Below, piece by piece: positions 41,529-55,074 of a stretch of 64,000 nucleotides of DNA. The first letter of the stretch is position 1, and each line of letters begins with the position of its first letter. Position numbers and translations under genes: made by a program. The notes under the pieces are model-generated. The model saw only the letters and a program-made list of their open reading frames with translations. It was not told the DNA's origin and made no database searches. The DNA comes from Eledone cirrhosa. Lineage: Eukaryota. The DNA lies in contig OZ024742.1 of assembly GCA_964016885.1 (NCBI GenBank), positions 117,490,001 through 117,554,000 on the forward strand, read 5' to 3'.

Positions 41529-43185
41529 AGTATAAAAGAGAAAACACAGGTAAACATTAAGAGAAGGATTTTATCCAGGTATTTACGACCGTTTCATTGG
41601 TAAGTGCAACCTTATATTGCTATACTGCAAATAGTAGCCACTCAATTATAATTGTTGTTCACGTCCAAATTTTCAAAATAGTCAGTAAGTTACTCTTGAT
41701 CAATAAATTGATCTTTCGATTTTATTGTTGAGTAACATAACAACACCAGAACACAAATTTACAACAATAACAATACAATCACCATTGAACACAACAGAAT
41801 ATCTAATACACAACCACCCACTAATAGGCAAACAAAATGTAACACACTTGTACAGGCATCGCAGCCCACCAATAATGCCAAAGTTGCCCATGACAAGAAT
41901 TGTAACTGCCACCTACCTGAAACCTGTGCATTACATAATGAATGTATGCAGTCTAACCTGGTTTACCAATGCACAGTGGAATCAGACAACCAGAAATGGT
42001 ATTACATTGTAGCGACTGGGAATACATTTAAAGCCCGTTGGTATACACACCGTTACGCAATGAAACATTCCCAGCATCGTTATGTAACTACCCTTGCAAA
42101 CAAGACCTGGCAACTGAGGGAAAGTAACCATCAATACACCCTGAAGTGGAAAAAATTATCGAACGCGGCCCCATATCGGAGTGGTATGAGAAGCTGTCGA
42201 TTATGTGACCTTGAGCTGTTCCACATTTTGAGTTTGAAGAATAAGTTACTCAACAATAAAATCGACAGATCAATTGATTGTAACCATAGACTCAAAGAAA
42301 AGTGTTCGCACTACAAGTGCAAATCGAACCCTTAAACTCTTACTACCAACTGACAAACTGCATATACTTAGACTTTATACCCTCTTATTGTATCTAAACC
42401 CTTTTAATTACCCACAAAACCAATACCTATATCCCTCCCTTCTCCTTCATTCCTCTTCTATTTCTTCATTTTCTTCCTTCCCTCCCCTTTTTGGCTATCT
42501 TTTCTTTTCTTCTTTCTCCCCCCTTCTTTGCTTTTATTTTTGTCATTATTATCTTTATCTTTATTTTTTATATATATATTTATCTCTTTATATCCCTCCC
42601 CCCCCCTCTCTCTCTATCCATCCCTCCCACTATGATCAATTTAATTCTCTTTAACTCACTACATTCCATGACATGAAGTCTACATATCAAAACTGATCAA
42701 GGAATCCTTCCACCTCTACCCCTCCCACCATCTCAGTTTGTCACTCTACTTCCTAACTCTTCTCCCTCTTCCTCTCTCTCTATACTATTACGTTTGTCCC
42801 CTCACCTTCTAATTCCTATTCCTCTCTCTCTATACTAGTAAATACAATTCCAAAAAAATGTTTTTCTCTATATATTAAGGACTATTTCAAGAGTAACTTA
42901 CTATTTTGAAAATTTGGACGTGAACAATAATTATAATTGAGTGGCTGCTATTTGCAGTATAGCATTATAAGGTTGCACTTACCAATGAAACAGTCGTAAA
43001 CACCTAGATAAAATCCTTCTCTTAATACTTACTTGTGTTTTCTCTTTTATACTTTATACTCTAAGATTGAACGGAATTCTTACAAACTTGTGGAGTTACC
43101 CCTAACCATATGTTGAAACCATCCATGAAACTGGCTTTCTTAACCACAAACTGGATCACAATAAACAATTTTCTGCTTCCCTAAC
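41529..43185 (+). mobile_element. 5'-truncated Naiad-like PLE with inverted pseudo-LTR at its 5' end
   Basis: Arms 41529-41700 / 42887-43053 inverted; tail to 43185; (TA)n both sides; encloses a GIY-YIG ORF. Confidence 0.85.
41871..42335 (+). CDS. GIY-YIG endonuclease C-terminal portion of PLE ORF (no start codon, 5'-truncated)
   Basis: Open frame CNCHLPETCALHNECMQSNLVY..YYIVAT..FKARWYTH..CRLCDLE..LLNNK..CNHR; CxCx5C linker. Confidence 0.8.
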   Translation, partial: NNAKVAHDKNCNCHLPETCALHNECMQSNLVYQCTVESDNQKWYYIVATGNTFKARWYTHRYAMKHSQHRYVTTLANKTWQLRESNHQYTLKWKKLSNAAPYRSGMRSCRLCDLELFHILSLKNKLLNNKIDRSIDCNHRLKEKCSHYKCKSNP

Positions 43186-43479
43186 TATATATATATATAA
43201 TTTTATGTCTGCTTTTCATGTTGGAATGAATTGGATGAGTTGTGAGCCCATGACGAGATGGGTTGGAAAGACCTCATCTTGTTTATACATTCCATATATA
43301 TGTGTATGTATGGTGATAATGATATCTGTGAAGGTAACTTGCACATGGCACCATTTCACGCCTCATACCACTTGCCTTGCTGACCTGTGCAACCTCCCTC
43401 AAATTAAGTGGTGCGTAGTTGCTGGACTTATGTTTCCATTGTTATTAGATTGATCTGACATGACTTCAGGGTAACTCTG

Positions 43480-44250
43480 AGGAAATCTTTGTACTGTTTA
43501 TACTGTCTGATTCATGACCAGTGGCGCTTGTCCAGCTGATTGAATAGCAGAGCCTTGAAGATTCACTCATTACCTATATGCTTTACATGTTCAGTCCAGG
43601 GTAGACTTGATGCAGGTGATATTGGGGGATCACAGGATCTTAGTTTGGTGATTTTATTCTTCTAAGTGATGCTGTAAATCATTCTGATGATTATCAAGGC
43701 ATGGTATGTGGTCCATATTGCATTGCTAAAAGAGAAGGTGGTTGGAAATGTAGTATTGTAGACTTGAATATTAGTACTCAGCTAAACACAATATTCTGAC
43801 CACAATTACTGCTGCAGATGTCCAAATAACACACTGCCCTTGTTGGTTCATGCTGACACCTCACCACCAATCTTGATATTTTGCAAGATCATCCAACTGA
43901 AGTACTTGAACTGTAATGCCATAACTGTGTACATCCAGTGAGATGCAGACATGAAAAAAAATGCTTGGTCAGGGCACATAGCATATTATGCAAGGGTATG
44001 GGAAACCAGTAATGGCATGTATGGTATAGGTTTAGACTTGAGAATAATGAACTAGATGGGTTTTCTTGTGAACAAACTCCTTGAAATAATGGAGAACATG
44101 GTGATAAGATCAAGCACTGGTTTGAAAGTACGCACTGTGGATCCCCTTCTTGGACAACCATTTGCTACAACTTCACAGGTCAAACTTACATCATCAACTT
44201 TCACCTTGCTACTAACATTTAGCATCATCCAGTTATGGGTAAAATTGCTC
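43480..44250 (-). mobile_element. Old RTE RT relic
   Basis: FKYFS..IGGEVSA*TNKGSVLFGHL..LW..TNIQVY..IWTTY resembles RTE thumb region. Confidence 0.55.
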
Positions 44251-44655
44251 AACTAGAGCAAAAGGTGTGTGTATATATATATTGTATCTAAAGTGATAGT
44301 GATGGTGCCTAGTATAACCTGGCAAATGTTAGTGCTGGAGCCATGATAATATACACACAGAACACTTTGTAAAGTGACAATGTTGTCATGAAAACATGTA
44401 TGACCACATTCAGTAATGTGGTTGGTGTTAAGAAGGGCATTCAGCGATAGTAACCATACAAAAATACTGAACGTATGAGCTAGACATGATTCTCCAACCC
44501 ATCTAGTCTCGGACTGCGATGACCCATCCAGTTCATGACAGCATGGAAATCATACATTAAATGACGATGATATATGTATGTGTGTATGTATATACATGCA
44601 TATACATATATATATATATACATATATATATAATATATATATATATATATGTATG

Positions 44656-44687
<32 letters not shown>

Positions 44688-44898
44688 TACATACATTCAT
44701 ACACACATATACATGCATATATGCTTCCTCCAAATATCTGAGATAAAAAGGAAAACAAAAAGAACAGGCGTGTTTAAAATTCCTATTTCCTTTCAACATA
44801 CTAACTAACTAACTTACTAACTCAAAAGAACTTATAGTTGAGTCAGTATTAAAAATACAGTGAACTAAAAGACGAACAACAAATTCTATATTTTTCAG

Positions 44899-45186
44899 AT
44901 ATTTTACTCACGGGAACTTCATTTGTGACTGTCGGTGAGCACATAATATTAGTGTGCAATGTTGTGGGTGGGGACTATATCCCCGAGGATGTAGATTGGT
45001 TCAAAGATGGCAATGAGATCAAATACGGTACTACACAAAGGGTTCATATAACCAGACAGCGTTCAGTGAATACGAAGTTTTTTTCAAGTCAACTACTGAT
45101 TAAAAAAAGTACAATGGATGATACAGGAAATTATGTTTGCCGTTCTGGCTTGGATGTAACCAGCATGAGTGTTGAAGTCCTCAATG
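44899..45186 (+). CDS. Ig-domain exon of a ZIG-8/Dpr-like IgSF protein (probably second Ig)
   Basis: ttttcag acceptor, gtaggc donor, 288 nt phase 1-1; LVCN..VDWFKDG..LLIKK..DDTGNYVC..VEVLN Ig signature. Confidence 0.92.
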
Positions 45187-45381
45187 GTAGGCAATATTTT
45201 TTATGGTTTCTTTCAGCACACTATTATCTTTCTATTTCAAACTCTGAAATTTTTACTTAATAATTCTCAAAAATTCTTATTGAAGATTCTGGAATCATTT
45301 TTGAAATTAAATCTATAGAGGTTTCAAGATATTTCTTTTCAAAAAATGTCAAATATACACATATATGTATGTATGTATGTA

Positions 45382-45766
<385 letters not shown>

Positions 45767-46082
45767 ATATATATATATGCATTCGTGAGTTTTATATCAA
45801 ATCATAACAATGTTCAATTGGTTTGCAAGCAAACAGCCTCATTACGCTATGTGTTTTACATGATCATCGTCATCCTGTTGTTCTAGTGGTGACAGAGAGA
45901 AACACTCGTAAAGACATTAAATTATTTTTGTAAACATTATAGTTCTTGGAATAACACTAAGAAACAGAGGGCACAAATAAATAGCTACAGTCATCAATCA
46001 TGGGTTCACCCATTATGGGGAGCCTGGGACAATTTCCCTTCCCCATATTATACCCAGCCCTGCATATATAGACAGATATGTA

Positions 46083-46430
46083 GGCACATGGCTTAGTGGT
46101 TAGAGCATTGGCCTTGCAATCAAAAGGTTGTGAGTTCAATTCTCGGACCGGGTGATGTGTTGTTTCCTTGAGCAAGACACTTTATTTCACATTGCTCCAG
46201 TTTACTCAAATGTAGAAATGAGATGATAGGGACTGGGGTCACTATCATTCCACTGTAAAGTGGACGTGGAGGTGCCACAGCAAAAAAGCACCCAGCACTC
46301 ACTGTAAATGAGGTTGGTGTTAGGAAGGGCATCCAGCTGTAGAAATCAAGCCAGAATCAGTTCCCGTCCCACCCTTGCAAGCAGGGAAAAAGCGGACGTA
46401 AAATGAAATGATGATGATGATGATGATGAT
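46083..46430 (+). mobile_element. SINE family B, full length (tRNA head, CORE/V-like centre, RTE tail)
   Basis: tggcttagtgg A box, gagttcaattc B box, ccttgagcaagacactt core, tail matches 59628-59890. Confidence 0.9.
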
Positions 46431-47261
46431 GTAGATGGCTACATATATAGATTGTTAGATATTTTTATTGTCTGTAGATAGATTTATACATAGGTAAATA
46501 CCCATAGATAGCTTTTGTGGTATCACTGACAATGGAGGGATGTTGTTTTTGTTATTGTTGTACACTTGCATATACACACATAGTTTACTCTTGTGATTTG
46601 GGGTAGAGATATATGTCTAGTTAATACTGTTTCAGAGAAAGGGAGAGGGGGAAAATATTAGAATGTAAGCCATCTGAGGAACAAGGAAGCAATGTTAATG
46701 AAACAGCACAGACCAACCATCAATAATAGATTGGAAAGAAATGAAGACCAATGGCTAATTTAACCTGACCACTACTAAAATAGAACAGCGTACCACCACC
46801 AACACTACTGCTGTTACAACCAAACAGATGACCAACTACTATATCTTAACCATGTTTCACAATACACAGCTAGCTACTCAATGCCACCAACATGACTGAC
46901 TAATAACTCTATTTGGTGACTTGTGACAAATGTATACTTGACCAACTTCTGCATGCACACATATTGCCTAACCATCTCAATGCAAACACAAACGATATGA
47001 AGGACTATCAAAACTATCTGAAAATGGATACTTTAGCTGAAATATATTGAGACTAACAAATAGTGCCAAAGTAACTTCCATATTCTATTATTTCTCATTT
47101 TCATTCTCTTTTATTCATTTTTGTTTTTCTCCTTTTTTATCTGATCTAGTTACCTCAATATTCAAAGCCCTATTTCCTTTGTAGCATCCTCAAAAATCTA
47201 CCAATTTTTCATCTCTCTCCCTCTCTGCCTCTCTCTATATATGTGTGTGTGTGTGAGAGAG

Positions 47262-47400
47262 AGTGAAAAGTCAACAAGGAAAAAACAACACACATGAGTA
47301 CAATGATGATATATGCTAGTTTAATGCTTGATATAGTAGGAAAGAGTTTTAATGTCTCAAATGTTAGCCCTTTATCGGAAATAGAATGGGAGATAGAAGA
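47262..47400 (-). mobile_element. PLE pseudo-LTR-like dispersed repeat, decayed hammerhead
   Basis: Homologous to 57659-57800; minus strand ccgataa-agggctaacattt-gagacatta. Confidence 0.5.
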
Positions 47401-47694
47401 AGAAACAGAAGGGTAGATGAAAGTAAAAAAAAAGAGAAGGAAAAATATTTTTATATATGGGGTTGGTTGATAGAAAGAGAGATGTCAATGAAATGGACAG
47501 AAGTGGTTGATATTGAGGTGGTGAAGCCAGGAGTGGGATGGAAGGAGCAGAAGAAGGAGAGGAAAGAGTTGAGCTGTTCTTGGGTGATGAAGAAGCCACC
47601 AATACAGTCATTGATGGAAAAGATGTTTAAATTACGGAGCTGGATCAAATAGCTTTTGAAAATGTAAACCAACCCAGTACTCTGTAGCATCCAG

Positions 47695-47915
47695 CGGATT
47701 GGCAGTATCAGTAGAGCATCAGACACTATGCTTTGTCGCATAGAGTTATGGCCCTTTATGTTCTGAATTCAAATCCTGCCAAGGTTAGCTTTACCTTTCA
47801 TCCTTACGGGGTCGATAAAATAAAGCACCAGTAATGCACTGGGGTTAATTTAATCGACTTTCCCTTTCCACAAAATTTGTTGGCCTTGTGCCTAAATCAG
47901 AAATCATTATTATTA
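47695..47915 (+). mobile_element. SINE family A (long variant)
   Basis: Head, core and (TTA)n tail; extra ~35 nt before tail. Confidence 0.85.
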
Positions 47916-48699
47916 TTGTTGGTGTTTACATGTTTTCCATGCTGTGAATATGTTGTTGTTACTGTTGCTGACGTTGTTGCTTCTTAAGTTATTACTGTCA
48001 TTGTCATGAATGTTGTTACTACTGTCATGGTAATTGATGTTGTGTTTGTTGTTCTTTTGTTGTAGTAGTTCTGGTGGCTGAGTTGTTGTTATAGTTGTTG
48101 TTGCTACTCAACTAATCATCGATAGTAGTATTAGTGACAGTTTCTCTACATACTTTTTTTAATTTTTGGTTTGCTGGAGAAGTGGCAGGAGTGATGGTGG
48201 TGTAGTGGAGGTGGCAGTGACAAAGTAGTAGGTGTTGTTGTTGTTGCTAATGTTTTTGTGTTTTGTCTTGGTTAAGTTTTGTAGCTATAAAAACTGGGTG
48301 TTGTGTTTGTATTTGTCTATGCTGTGTTCTGTTGTTATTACTACAAGCATCTAGTAAGCAAGTTGACATCTGACTTTCGCTTTCTCCTCAAAATTCAAAC
48401 TGGCCAATTTGAATTTTTGGGGGGTAGTTACAAGATAAATTTTGGAATGGCCCCAAAGAGACTGTTCCATGGGGAAAATATATGTGACCTTTTCAAAGCT
48501 TGCCTGGTCATTTATGGAAACAAATGATGTAATTTTTGGACAATCAGTATTATTATTATTATTGTCATTTCATTTATCTTGCTTTATGCTCATATGAGTT
48601 ATCACCAAGTCACAACCAGTGACCTCAACAGACAATAAGGTTCGCCATGTTCAAGAAAAAAAACACACACACATGTATCTTTAGGTGTCTACACTTATA

Positions 48700-49466
48700 T
48701 CGACAGAATTTTCCTTAGTAAATGGGCAGTTCCCATTAGTACTATCTTTTGTATTTCTTCTATACGTGGGTTTCTTAGGATTTGGGATAACTAATTATTT
48801 GGACCCCTTAGGTATCATTCCACTGGTATTGTTTTAGTTCTCAACTTCCACATTTTTCCAATCTCTATCTCCAGATCTTTATATTTGCTCAATTTTCAAA
48901 TGTTTTTATAGATACATTCTTGTTTATAGGAATGGTCATGTCAATCAACAATCATACCCTCTTTTTAAAATCCTTCAGTATTATATCAGGTCTATTTGCA
49001 TCTATTTTTCAGTCTGTTTCGATACTAAGGTTCCACAAAATTGAAATTTGACATTTCAATTTTGTGAAATGTGACATTTTTCAAGTATGGGAGGTGGTTG
49101 ATGCTCCCATCAATTCTTTTGATGGGCCAGGTCAAAATGCTTATACATTACCCAATGTATGTATTGTGTGGCTCTGTCATACCTATTTAGGTATTCGGTT
49201 GGAACTATAGGACTGCACATTGAAATTATATGATCAGTGGTCTCTGATTGTTTTTTACTCACACAACACAATGGGTTGCATCCATTTTTTATGATGTTGG
49301 CTTGATAATTTTTTGTTGGCAGACACTGATCTTGTGGTGATATAATTTGTCCTTCGGTCTGATTTCTGTCCAGACGATGCCAACCACTGATGGGTTAAAG
49401 TTTTGTCAACATCAGGATTGTTAGCTCTTTCTGGGTATTTTCCATAAAGAGGCTTTTCTTGCCATT
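48700..49466 (-). mobile_element. R4/Dong-like retrotransposon 3' fragment (CCHC + restriction-like endonuclease)
   Basis: WQEKPLYGKY..QDQCLPTKNY..DHIISMC..ANRPDII..LLIDMTIP..KYKDL. Confidence 0.85.
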
Positions 49467-49957
49467 TCTTCTTCTTCTTCTTCTTCTTCTTCTTCTTCTT
49501 CTTCTTCTTCTTCTTCTTCTTCTTCTCCTTCTCCTTCTTCTTCATTGCATATTGTCTCTGCATAATTGAGCACAACTGTATAGCTCCTTAGTATGTGCAG
49601 TGTTACTTTCTGTGACCTCAGTGACTAATTTGTTATTTTATGTCTCTTTTTTGTTCTGTCCTAACCACCTTGTTTTTGTGAGCTATCATGAAAGAGCTTC
49701 GACAATAAATAAATAAACAGTCATCTGATTATTAAACTAATCAGATGGAAATTTATAATAAATTGAAGTGAAAACCAACAGGTTCATTTGTCTTTATTGG
49801 CAGAATGACTTAACCACTACCATTCTAGTCAGTACATTGTTCTATGCACAAAAACACACACACGCTCTCACACACCTATATATTTATAGATGTGTAACTA
49901 CAGTTACAGACAGTAATGATGATAAAGATATATATATATATATAATCATTATCACTG

Positions 49958-50595
49958 TTTAACGTCCATTTTTCCATGCCACCATGGATCAGATGACTGT
50001 GTCGTGCTCTGGTTCTGGCTTGGTTTCTATGGCTGGATGCTCTTCCTAACGCTAACCACATTTACAGTGTGTACTGGGGGCATTTTGTCATTACACCTAC
50101 ATGACCAGTTTACAGTGTAAGCTAGGCACTTTTTGTCATGTCACCAATATGACCTCTTTAGTGTGGGCTGGAAAGCTTTTGCCACAACATCTACATGACC
50201 TCTTTACAGTGTGAACTGAGTACTTTTTGTCATGGCACCAAAACAACAAATATACAGTGTGGGTTGAGGACTTGGGTGATATGACAAATAAGTACCCAGT
50301 CCACTCTGCAAGGTGGTCATGTTGGTGACATGACACAAGGCACCTAGTCTTCGCTGTGGGGTGGTTGGATTGATGACATGACAACAATCACCCAGTCTGC
50401 CCAGTAAGCTGGTTGTGTTGAGAACACAACAAAAGCACCCAATCTACCTTGTACAGTGGTTGTAGTAGCAACACGATAATAAACGCCCAGCCCACACTAT
50501 AAAGTGGTCATGATGGTGTGACAAAATGTGCTCAGTCTACACAGTAAAGGCATCATTTTGATGCCATGACAAAAAGCACCTAGTCCACACTGTAT
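49958..50595. repeat. Head-to-head arrays of ~45-50-bp RTE 3'UTR units
   Basis: About 5 units on minus then about 7 on plus, consensus like gtggtcatgttggtgccatgacaaaaagcacccagtccacactgtaaa. Confidence 0.75.
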
Positions 50596-51420
50596 GTATG
50601 TGTGTGTGTGGATAGATAGATATTATTTTCTGTAACTAGCTTTAGTCAATAGACTATTACCATGTTAGGGCACCCCAACTTCTATACTAGAATCAGTTAT
50701 ACAAATCCAAGTACTTATTTTCTCAGAACACAAAACATAAAATGTAATCACCAGAACATGTAGCATATTGGTAAAAAACCCACAAGGTAATCTGTCAGAC
50801 ACTCTAGCAATTCTGCCATATATGCATACATGAATGCACACATACACATACAAACACAAACATATATACATGTATTTATGCACAAACACATGTATGATTA
50901 TATATAAACTACTACCATAGTAACTACAAAAAAAATATATAATTAAATGATTCCTTGGTAACAATATTCTATGTAAAGATGCTTAAATGCTCGGTTTTCG
51001 TTCACATCCCCCCCCCTTCCCACTTCACACCTCACCATATTCCATTTTATATTCATTTAAATCAAATACAATAATTTTCTAATGTATTCTCTTTAATCAT
51101 TATCAAACATATATCAAATAAATTACAATGACGTTCTAACTATCTATCTATCTGATCTATCTAAATAAAGAAATATATCTGTCTGTCTGTCTTTGGACAG
51201 CTATTAAGAGTTGTCTTTTGCTGTTGTTGTTATTGTTGTTCTTGTTCAAAAATAGTTACATTGGTAAATATACATAAATAGATAGCTAGAGATAGACAGG
51301 AAGGTAGGTAGATAGATAGAGAGATAGACAAATAGACAGACAACAGGTAAAGATAAATAGGTAATTAGATAGGCAATTAGGTAAGTAAATAGATAGACAG
51401 AGATTGATAGATAGACATTT

Positions 51421-51750
51421 ATTTCATTTCATTTCATTTCATTTTACGTCCACTTTTTCCCTGTTTGCAAGGGTGGGACAGGAACTGATTCTGGCTTGAT
51501 TTCTTCCTAACACCAACCTCATTTACAGTGAGTGGTGAGTGCTTTTTTGCCGTGGCACCTCCACGTCCACTTTGCAGTGGAATGATATGGACCCCAGTCC
51601 CTATCATCTCATTTCTACAGCTGAGTAAACTGGAGCAATGTGAAATAAAGTGCCTTGCTCAAGGAAACAACACATCACCCGGTCTGAGAATTGAACTCAC
51701 AACCTTTCGATTGCAAGGCCAATGCTCTAACCACTAAGCCATGTGCCTCC
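51421..51750 (-). mobile_element. SINE family B
   Basis: Reverse complement of 46083-46430 with a small deletion. Confidence 0.9.
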
Positions 51751-52019
51751 ATGACAGACTTGTTCAAAGATAAATAGATTCATAGGTAGATAGTTATAGA
51801 TAGCTGTTCAACTACTACTGACCATCTAGCTAGATGGTGGATATGTTTTGTCAACCTTGTGTGGGATAGCACAAGGAAAGAAGGATATCAAAGCACTTAT
51901 CTGCTCAAAATTAACAGTTCCCAAACAAAGCTAGCACAATATTGTTGACACTTAATGATGTGCTTTATTAAATTGATGTATATACAATTAATGAACATAT
52001 ATGTATATGCATACACACG

Positions 52020-52070
<51 letters not shown>

Positions 52071-52289
52071 ACGCATATATATATATATATCTCTCCAAAA
52101 CACAGGGGCACACAGAGGACAATGATAACAGAAAAATGAACTGTCCCATCTCTTAAGCCAACCTATGGAAATCACTACAGTTTCAGAGAATTGAGATTGT
52201 TCTGTTCATTCCAGTGCACATTGGGATACAAAAAAATAAACAGGTAGAGACAAAAACAGGACAGTTATGTCTTTTTTTAATATGAAATC

Positions 52290-52850
52290 AGGTGGCTGGC
52301 TGACTGGTTTCCTCAAATTTGTGTGGCAGATGTTTAGTTCATTCATGTCACAGAATTCCAGGAGCTTCAATCCCACTTCTTTTCTTGAGCCATAACCATA
52401 GCCACCATGGACTCCACTGAATCTGTCCATTGGTGTAACTTGGCAGCCCCTGAAGTTGTCTGTAAAAGTTCTTCATAGAACCTGCCTTTTTGGTCTTTAA
52501 TTACTACTGCCTGTGGAGCACAGGTAGATGTAATTGTCACCATTCTATTTCCTACAGCTATTCTAAGCTTGATGATTCTGTTACTTGCTCTAAATACCTC
52601 TATCACCTTATCTACCCATTTCTCAGCTAGTAAGATGCCAACACCTCCCACCCCATTGTCATTTCCTACCCAGTAGAGTTTATATCTCTGTTTTTTTACC
52701 TGTGATTAGTCTAGCAGAGGCAACCCTCTGCCTCATTTCTTGTATGCATTATACATCTACTTCTCTTCCCTCTAACAGTTCCACAATTTCACCTGATTTA
52801 CCTTTCAGGGTGCCAACATTGAGGGTGACAATCCTGAGAATTGTACTTTG
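52290..52850 (-). mobile_element. RTE APE endonuclease relic
   Basis: TLNVGTLKGKSGEIVELL, GGVGILLAEKWVDKVI, HGGYGYG..LLEFCD. Confidence 0.85.
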
Positions 52851-54536
52851 ACAGTTGCTGTTATTTCCTTGGGTAGAGGTTCTATATACCTGAAAAGGAA
52901 AAAGTTTGTGCAATTGCTTGATGATGGTTGACGGGTTCTCCCACATGGCTACTCCAGCCACACCACTACCATGTACAACACTAACATGACTAGTGTTAGC
53001 CCTGTATACAAAATTATTGAAAATCATATTGGTGCTTGTTATATTTTTGGCAGGGTTTTTCTGGCTGGATGCCTTTCCTATCACCAACCACTTTACAGCA
53101 TAAACTTGGTGCATTATTCTTGCCACCAACACTAAAGCGGTTGTCTCACTGGACTCAAGAATCCTCACCACCCTATATCAGTTTTTTATTCAGAGTGTCT
53201 ACTATCCTAGACAGTTTGCTTCACTACAGCTTACGGAGTCCATGTGTGCCCCATGTAGTCATTATTTATCAGGATCACTTCCCTCCTAGACAGGTTGCCT
53301 TCGCTATGGTTTGCAGAATCCATATCTGCCGTGTACAGTTTTTTCTGATCTTGATGATGTAACAGAGTAGGTAAGGAAAGCAATGGGCAGAATGGATGAG
53401 GAAGGTGAGGGAAGGGTAATGTCAGCTAAAACAACTAATCTAAGGTGGTAGAGAGGGGGAATGTGCAGTCCTTTTTGGTCATGATGTAATAGGGTAGGTA
53501 AGGAAAGCAATGGGCATGACGGTTGAGGAGATGGGGAGGGGGTGCAAAGCAATGTCAGTTAAAAGAGCTAAGAGGAAGGTGGTGGAGAATGGGTGTGTTG
53601 GATGCAGAGATGATAGAGCCATGGACTAGGCTTTACTGCATGTAGTCTGCTTGTTTAGAATGAATCAAGACCGGGGGGGGGGGGATGTCGATAGGGCCTT
53701 GAAGTTAATTGAGAAAGAGGGAGGAGAACGAGAAGAATTTGAAAAACATTGAGGAACCTCAAAGGGAGAAAGAGAAAGTGTGGAAAATGAATTCAAAATA
53801 TAGCTTGAATAGTCTTATCTTTTTGTGGCTGGGTTTTTTTAACTTTGTTGGTTTTTACTTCTAGAGATGACCTGAAGAAGACAGGACAGGAACACTAATA
53901 GAAAATCTTTTATTTAATTTAGAGAGAAAAAGCACTTTACATTTTCAGCTACAAAGAAAACTAACTGTATGCTTCTCTCCAAACTACTACCGACCCGCCT
54001 CATTACCTTCCTGAAAGCCATTTCTCCCATGTGATTTGCCCTAATGGAAGCCATCCACAACCAAATATGATCATACCCATAATCTCATAATATTTGAGTG
54101 TAACCATACCAATAACCTCATTATAAATGTATTCCACTAGTGGCTATAAGAATTAACTAACCGTATAATTTGTAAACTTCTATACCATCGGATAGCTATA
54201 ATTGTATAATTAAAAGGACACCATATTCCAAAGGGAAAGCAGCTCATCTAGGAGTGCAATAACTCCAAATAATAAAGCTGTATGGAGAGGATGTGGAACT
54301 TATGAGCTGCAGAGAAAGCAAGCTATCTAGGAAGGGCATCCAGCTGCAAAAAAAAACAGCCAAAATACTGTTCTATTTGAGCAAGATATGGCACGGGTAA
54401 ATGACCAGACTTCCCTCATTGCGTGGATGACCCATCTGACCTGTGCAAGCATGGAAAATAAGACGTTAAACAGTGATGATGATGATATATATACATGGTG
54501 ATGATGATGATGATATATATACACAAGGACACATGT

Positions 54537-55050
54537 CACCCACCTACAGTCTTTAAAAACTTCACTAACAACATCAGCACTAGAATTTCTAATCTTTCTT
54601 CTAACTAGGCCATCTTTGTCAAAGCGACACCTTACTATAACACATAATCACATTACCAGTAGAAAGATAAATAGAAATAAGAAAATAATTTGGTTCTGTC
54701 CACCCTTCTTGCTTGGAGTTAGATCTACTGTAGGTAGGAAATTCTTGGCACCCCTAGACAAGAACTTCCTTATAGAGCATAAATACGGAAATATCTTTAA
54801 TAGACACAGGGTGAAACTCGGATATTCCTATACTAAAAATATGAAAGCCCTCATCATCCCCAACACAAAGAGCTCTCCTCAACCCAGATGCTCTTGCAGA
54901 AGGTCAGAATCATGCCCTCTTCAACAGCAGTGTAACACACCCGCAGACATCTATGAGTCTGAAGTTACATCCACCTCTCCGAATCAACAGCAGGCGGTCA
55001 AAATATATATTAGTATATCAGAGGGCATCATGGTTTTCACCAGAAAGATG
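54537..55050 (+). pseudogene. Naiad-like PLE thumb/linker/GIY-YIG relic
   Basis: HPPTVFK..RISNLSS, KIIWFCPPF, IFNRHRVKLGYS, CSCRRSESCPL. Confidence 0.8.
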
Positions 55051-55074
55051 TAAACAAACTGACCACCAAGTCTA

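Noticed and set aside
34915-43053. Selenocysteine-coding Naiad (in-frame TGA plus SECIS)
   Set aside because: Cys positions use TGT/TGC; observed TGAs are at non-Cys positions in decayed copies; no convincing SECIS by eye
44925-45260. 111-aa single-exon ORF
   Set aside because: True unit is the spliced exon 44899-45186; the ORF tail is intron
46083-46160. tRNA-Cys gene (ttGCAat loop)
   Set aside because: Acceptor stem does not close and it continues into SINE body; multiple copies
50040-50595. CRISPR-like repeat-spacer pattern
   Set aside because: Units are diverged along their whole length and match RTE 3'UTR repeats
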